This document shows, piece after piece, positions 15,882 through 20,000 of a stretch of DNA of 20,000 nucleotides. The notes below the pieces were generated by a model. That model ran no database searches, was not told the origin of the DNA, and saw only the letters and a list, made by a program, of their open reading frames with translations. The position numbers and the translations under genes are program-made. Each line of letters begins with the position of its first letter. Within the stretch, counting starts at the first letter, position 1. The DNA is from an uncultured virus (IMG/VR IMGVR_UViG_3300027847_002832) (taxonomy: Duplodnaviria > Heunggongvirae > Uroviricota > Caudoviricetes): IMG/VR virus record IMGVR_UViG_3300027847_002832. One strand, given 5' to 3'.

Positions 15882-18800
15882 TTAACCGTAAATTCCAGTT
15901 CCTTCTGTCGTGACTGTTCCAAATTGATCATCAAAGAATGATAATCCCCAACTTGGGTCCATTTTGGACATATCGTTTATATCAAGACCACCATGTTGAA
16001 GATGTTTTTGTTTTTTACCATTTGATTCAATTACTTCCGGTCCACTTCTTGGTCCAACTCCTCCTCCGACTTTCGAGTCAATTGAAGCGAGCAATGCAAC
16101 CATCTTCTTCATATTTTCTGATTGCTCTCCTAAGAGATAAGCCCCAACTTCATCCATCCCCGGAATAATAGAGCTACCTTGTCCCAAATCCCCATATTTT
16201 CTTGCTTCAAGACCTCTTTCTAGTTGGGCTCTGTTTGTCATTAAGGTGTTGACAATTCCTTTTGTATCTTCTGTATAATCCATTCCAGTCACATGAGCAT
16301 CTCCAGTAGCATGTTCATTTCCAGTGACATTCCCTGCTGACTCTAACCAATCCATGGTTCTTGCCAAAGAGGTTTCAATTGATGATCTGCTTTGATCATC
16401 TGAAGATGAATCATGAAGCTTGCTTAGCTCATTGACAGAGTTTTGAGATGATCCTGCTGAATGAGATGATCCTGTGACTCTTGCAATGTATTCAGCAACA
16501 GATTCTCTTTTGGCATCATGTATGTTTTCTCTATCAAAAGCACCTGTGTTCAAAGCGTTGGTTACATCTGTGGAAGAACTGCTTTTACTTTTTTCTTCAA
16601 CAGAAGATTTAAGACCTTCTCCAATACCAAGTGCAGTTCCTTCTCCAGTGCTCTTATAGGTGTCAGAAAGAACTTGTGTGCCTTTCTCCCAAATTGATTT
16701 AACGAATCCTATGATTCCTTCACTTGTGGCTTCTTTACTTTGGTCTTTAGCAAATGCACCTGTATTGGTGAGGGTTGTGTTGCCTGTTGTTTTTTCCGAT
16801 TTTTCTTTACTTATCATTGACTCTTTGAGTCTTTGCATTTCGGAAGCTACTGAATCATTTGTTGTTCCTGTTTTTAAGAGATGTTCTTTTTGATAAGACA
16901 CGAGTGCTTTTAGCTTCTCAAGTTTCTCAAGCATTTGTGGAGATGGCTTGCCGCCGTCTTTTACAACTGAAGATGATCTTATAGACATCATCATGGTTTT
17001 GACAGATTTATCCATTTCGGAAATCATTGCTTCTTTGCTTTGACCTTTGGCAAAAGCTCCAGTGCCAACCATTGTTACAGAACTGCTTACAAGTCTCATG
17101 TCTTTGGCAATGGACAAAACTAAATCCATAATTCCAGAAACAAGAGATATCATTCCGCCTGCACCACCAGTGCCGCCTGCTCCTCCAACTCCAACTCCAA
17201 CTCCAACTCCACCTGCGGCGGCGGCGGATGCTGAGCCTCCTATTCCCGTTCCTGCTGTGCCTCCTATACTTTCTGCAATTGCTTTAGATGTTCTTGCTAC
17301 ACCGAATAATACATTGGAAACTCCTGATCTAATATTTTCCATAATAGATGATCCACCGGCTACTCCTGCTCCTCCTGCTACTCCTGCTCCTCCTGCTCCA
17401 CCTGCTCCTCCTGACATGTTGCGACCAGATAATGTTCTAATGTTGTCTGGATTACTGACAGCAGCCAAAGAACCTGCTCCTGTAGCACTGGCAATTGAAA
17501 CTTCTTTAGAGAGTTGATCCACAACAGATGTGATGGCTTCTCTGCCTTGTCTCTTGTCAAATGCTCCAGTTCCAATCAATGTCATAGAACTTCTTATTGC
17601 TCTAATATCTTTGGCTATAGACAATACTAGGTCCATCATTACAGAAACAAGAGATATCATTCCGCCTGCACCACCAGTGCCGCCTGCTCCTCCAACTCCA
17701 ACTCCAACTCCAACTCCACCTGCGGCGGCGGCGGATGCTGAGCCTCCTATTCCCGTTCCTGCTGTGCCTCCTATACTTTCTGCAATTGCTTTAGATGTTC
17801 TTGCTACACCGAATAATACATTGGAAACTCCTGATCTAATATTTTCCATAATAGATGATCCACCGGCTACTCCTGCTACTCCTGCTCCTCCTGCTCCACC
17901 TGCTCCTCCTGACATGTTGCGACCAGATAATGTTCTAATGTTGTCTGGATTACTGACAGCAGCCAAAGAACCTGCTCCTGTAGCACTGGCTATTGCAACT
18001 TCTTTAGAAAGTTGATCTACAACAGAAGTTACAGCTTCTTTACCTTGCTTTTTGTCGAACGCTCCAACTCCAACTAATGTTACAGAACTTCTTATTGCTC
18101 TAATATCTTTGGCTATAGACAATACTAGGTCCATCATTACAGCCATGACTGAAATCATGTTTGAGCTTTTTGATGGTTTTCCATCATCAACTCTACGAGC
18201 CATATTTCTAGGATCATCTGATGATCCAGTTGTCATTGCTATTGGCTTGCTTCCAAAGTTATAAAAACTTTCCTTCAATCTATTAAATGAACTTTCAAGT
18301 ATAGAACCTAATCCTTTGGTCCCTTCTTCTCCTGTTCCCCATTTTGTTAAGTCAGCCATAAGACTTCCGCTTTTGTTAGTTCCTTCTCCCTCTTCTGCAA
18401 TGCTATTGGCAGCGGCGATAGAAGCTTTAGAAGGAGTGTGACTTCCTCCTAATGCTTCAAGTATCTTAATGAGAATTGCTTCACAGTGAGCATCATGAGT
18501 GTAAATGCTTCCCGGAGTGACCATGGCTTTGTTTGCTTGGTCTGCTGCTACCTTTGCTGGCCCATGCTCTTTCATGCTTTTTGACAAAGCTTCTGATCCA
18601 GCTTCTTTGCCTTGTTTATTGTCGAACGCACCAACTTGTCCCAGAGTTGCATCTACAGGGCCTTTTTCTTTTTCTTTATCTGTGGAAGCGGATGATACGG
18701 CATCTAATATTGATGTTCCGGTGTCTTTGTTTTCTACGGCAGAAGAAAGTGCTTCGGATGCTCCAAGTTCTGCTTTTTCTGCTACAGCTTTAGCGAGTGT

Positions 18801-20000
18801 TTTTTCTGCTACAGCTTTCTCTAATAAAGCTTTTTCTCTTTCTTTCTGGAGTCTTGCCATGTCCCCTTCCATTGTGGATAGTCGGCGTTTTCCAGATTCA
18901 ATAGATTTATTCAATGCACGAGCATGTGGGTTTACACCAAGCCAGTTGGTGGTGTTTGCTCGTTCGTTGGCGTCACTTCTAAGGTTGCTCTTAGCACCTT
19001 TAAGTGTGATTTTCTTCCCAGCAATAAGACGGTCTATTTCTTTAAGACGTTCTGTTGGATCAGGGACACCTTTGGTGAATTTGTCAATGATTCCCGAAGT
19101 TTGTTTGCTGTAATGACTGTCGAAGCTTTTCAACCTCTCATCCATTTGATCAACTTCACGATTCGCAGCGTGAAGCACCTTGGTAACTTCCGCTCCGGCT
19201 CCAACTACCGCTCCAGCCGCCGCTCCGACAGGACCAGCCGCCGCTCCAATCAATGCACCACGAGCCGCTGCTCCCAAAGCACCAACCTGTTCATCGGCAT
19301 TGCTTCCTTGCTCAATACCCATGGCTCTACTTGCATAGCCGCTAAAGAACTTATCTTCTGTTCCTGTGCCCGCACCACCTGTGAGCGTTCCATATGTCGC
19401 CCCGGCTGTTTTGCTCATGCCTTGTCGCTCTGCATCCAAGGCACCAAATACACCACCAAGAGCCAAGTCAATGAGAGGAACACGTTTGGCAAAGCCTCCT
19501 ACCACACGCAATCCACTAGCAAATTTACTACTTCCTGAAAGGAATGATGTTACTTTGGAAGCTCCCGGAAGCTTCATAGCCAAATTACCTGCACCTGTTT
19601 TCAAACCTGTCTTCAAAGCAGCAAACTTACCACCGGTCTTTGTTACATCTGTAGCTGTCTTTGCCATAGGAGACTGTGCTGCTTTGAAGGTTTTTGCTAC
19701 ATTTCGTATTTTCTCTATTCCTTTGGTTGCACCTGTCTTCAAACCTGTCTTCAAAGCAGCAAACTTACCACCGGTCTTTGTTACATCTGTAGCTGTCTTT
19801 GCCATAGGAGACTGTGCTGCTTTGAAGGTTTTTGCTACATTTCGTATTTTCTCTATTCCTTTGGTTGCACCTGTCTTCAAACCTGTCTTCAAAGCAGCAA
19901 ACTTACCACCGGTCTTTGTTACATCTGTAGCTGTCTTTGCCATAGGAGACTGTGCTGCTTTGAAGGTTTTTGCTATTGATGCTTGAACATTTCGTATTTT
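15882..20000 (-). CDS. Tape-measure-like protein, C-terminal part, 5'-truncated by window edge (>=1372 aa)
   Basis: Frame stays open from the tracked ATG at 19943 to 20000 (KIRNVQASIAKTFKAAQSP), so that ATG is probably internal. Ala/Gly/Lys-rich, RVPLIDLALGGVFGA and glycine-zipper GALIGAAAGPVGAAAGAVVG, coiled coil; canonical position upstream of initiator/LysM/hub. Confidence 0.8.
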   Translation of the reverse strand, partial: KIRNVQASIAKTFKAAQSPMAKTATDVTKTGGKFAALKTGLKTGATKGIEKIRNVAKTFKAAQSPMAKTATDVTKTGGKFAALKTGLKTGATKGIEKIRNVAKTFKAAQSPMAKTATDVTKTGGKFAALKTGLKTGAGNLAMKLPGASKVTSFLSGSSKFASGLRVVGGFAKRVPLIDLALGGVFGALDAERQGMSKTAGATYGTLTGGAGTGTEDKFFSGYASRAMGIEQGSNADEQVGALGAAARGALIGAAAGPVGAAAGAVVGAGAEVTKVLHAANREVDQMDERLKSFDSHYSKQTSGIIDKFTKGVPDPTERLKEIDRLIAGKKITLKGAKSNLRSDANERANTTNWLGVNPHARALNKSIESGKRRLSTMEGDMARLQKEREKALLEKAVAEKTLAKAVAEKAELGASEALSSAVENKDTGTSILDAVSSASTDKEKEKGPVDATLGQVGAFDNKQGKEAGSEALSKSMKEHGPAKVAADQANKAMVTPGSIYTHDAHCEAILIKILEALGGSHTPSKASIAAANSIAEEGEGTNKSGSLMADLTKWGTGEEGTKGLGSILESSFNRLKESFYNFGSKPIAMTTGSSDDPRNMARRVDDGKPSKSSNMISVMAVMMDLVLSIAKDIRAIRSSVTLVGVGAFDKKQGKEAVTSVVDQLSKEVAIASATGAGSLAAVSNPDNIRTLSGRNMSGGAGGAGGAGVAGVAGGSSIMENIRSGVSNVLFGVARTSKAIAESIGGTAGTGIGGSASAAAAGGVGVGVGVGGAGGTGGAGGMISLVSVMMDLVLSIAKDIRAIRSSMTLIGTGAFDKRQGREAITSVVDQLSKEVSIASATGAGSLAAVSNPDNIRTLSGRNMSGGAGGAGGAGVAGGAGVAGGSSIMENIRSGVSNVLFGVARTSKAIAESIGGTAGTGIGGSASAAAAGGVGVGVGVGGAGGTGGAGGMISLVSGIMDLVLSIAKDMRLVSSSVTMVGTGAFAKGQSKEAMISEMDKSVKTMMMSIRSSSVVKDGGKPSPQMLEKLEKLKALVSYQKEHLLKTGTTNDSVASEMQRLKESMISKEKSEKTTGNTTLTNTGAFAKDQSKEATSEGIIGFVKSIWEKGTQVLSDTYKSTGEGTALGIGEGLKSSVEEKSKSSSSTDVTNALNTGAFDRENIHDAKRESVAEYIARVTGSSHSAGSSQNSVNELSKLHDSSSDDQSRSSIETSLARTMDWLESAGNVTGNEHATGDAHVTGMDYTEDTKGIVNTLMTNRAQLERGLEARKYGDLGQGSSIIPGMDEVGAYLLGEQSENMKKMVALLASIDSKVGGGVGPRSGPEVIESNGKKQKHLQHGGLDINDMSKMDPSWGLSFFDDQFGTVTTEGTGIYG
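17135..18142. repeat. In-frame tandem duplication, period 498-507 bp
   Basis: 17135-17492 matches 17642-17990 except for a 9-bp indel; 17586-17644 matches 18084-18142 exactly; a diverged partial third unit lies at about 17025-17134. Confidence 0.95.
19590..20000. repeat. 138-bp (46-aa) tandem repeat, about 3 copies, running to the window edge
   Basis: gccatagg recurs at 19663, 19801 and 19939; one synonymous mismatch at 19599; 12-bp in-frame insertion at 19976-19987. Confidence 0.95.

Noticed and set aside
305..16893. Remaining short ORFs (60-140 aa) overlapping the main genes
   Set aside because: Nested in or antisense to well-supported genes, with no recognisable motifs.
17493..18083. Diverged patch between repeat copies as a DGR template/variable pair
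   Set aside because: Substitutions are not confined to adenines on either strand, many are synonymous, and no reverse transcriptase is in the window.
17047..19986. Long plus-strand ORFs (156, 161, 202, 204, 206 aa), some Pro-rich
   Set aside because: Antisense shadows of the Gly/Ala-rich repeated tape measure codons; no independent RBS or domain evidence.
19590..20000. Repeat array as CRISPR
   Set aside because: Contiguous in-frame 138-bp units with no unique spacers.
1..20000. Stop-codon reassignment as in some large phages
   Set aside because: Genes tile the window under the standard code, and TAA, TGA and TAG all appear as plausible stops.

Overview
AT-rich, tightly packed, almost entirely minus-strand cluster that reads as the tail/baseplate module of a large contractile-tailed (myovirus-like) phage; a contractile injection system locus is less likely but not excluded. 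In transcription order (right to left): 5'-truncated repeat-rich tape-measure-like protein, tube-initiator-like protein, gp53/LysM-like wedge, gp27-like hub, very cysteine-rich gp5/VgrG-like spike, gp25, gp6-like wedge, gp7/P2-I-like protein, small tail-collar-like protein, a free-standing LAGLIDADG endonuclease with two C-terminal HTHs and its own sigma70-like promoter, a structural protein, a degenerate GT-A-like protein, a 153-aa unknown, one plus-strand nucleoside deoxyribosyltransferase-like gene, a coiled-coil protein, and a PKD-domain virion protein running off the left edge (absent from the ORF track). Most notable: about 37 Cys clustered between the spike's beta-helix motifs with no adjacent PAAR gene, mosaic near-identical repeats in the tape measure gene, and a compact, possibly bidirectional promoter. 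All calls come from motif recognition and synteny; no database search was run.
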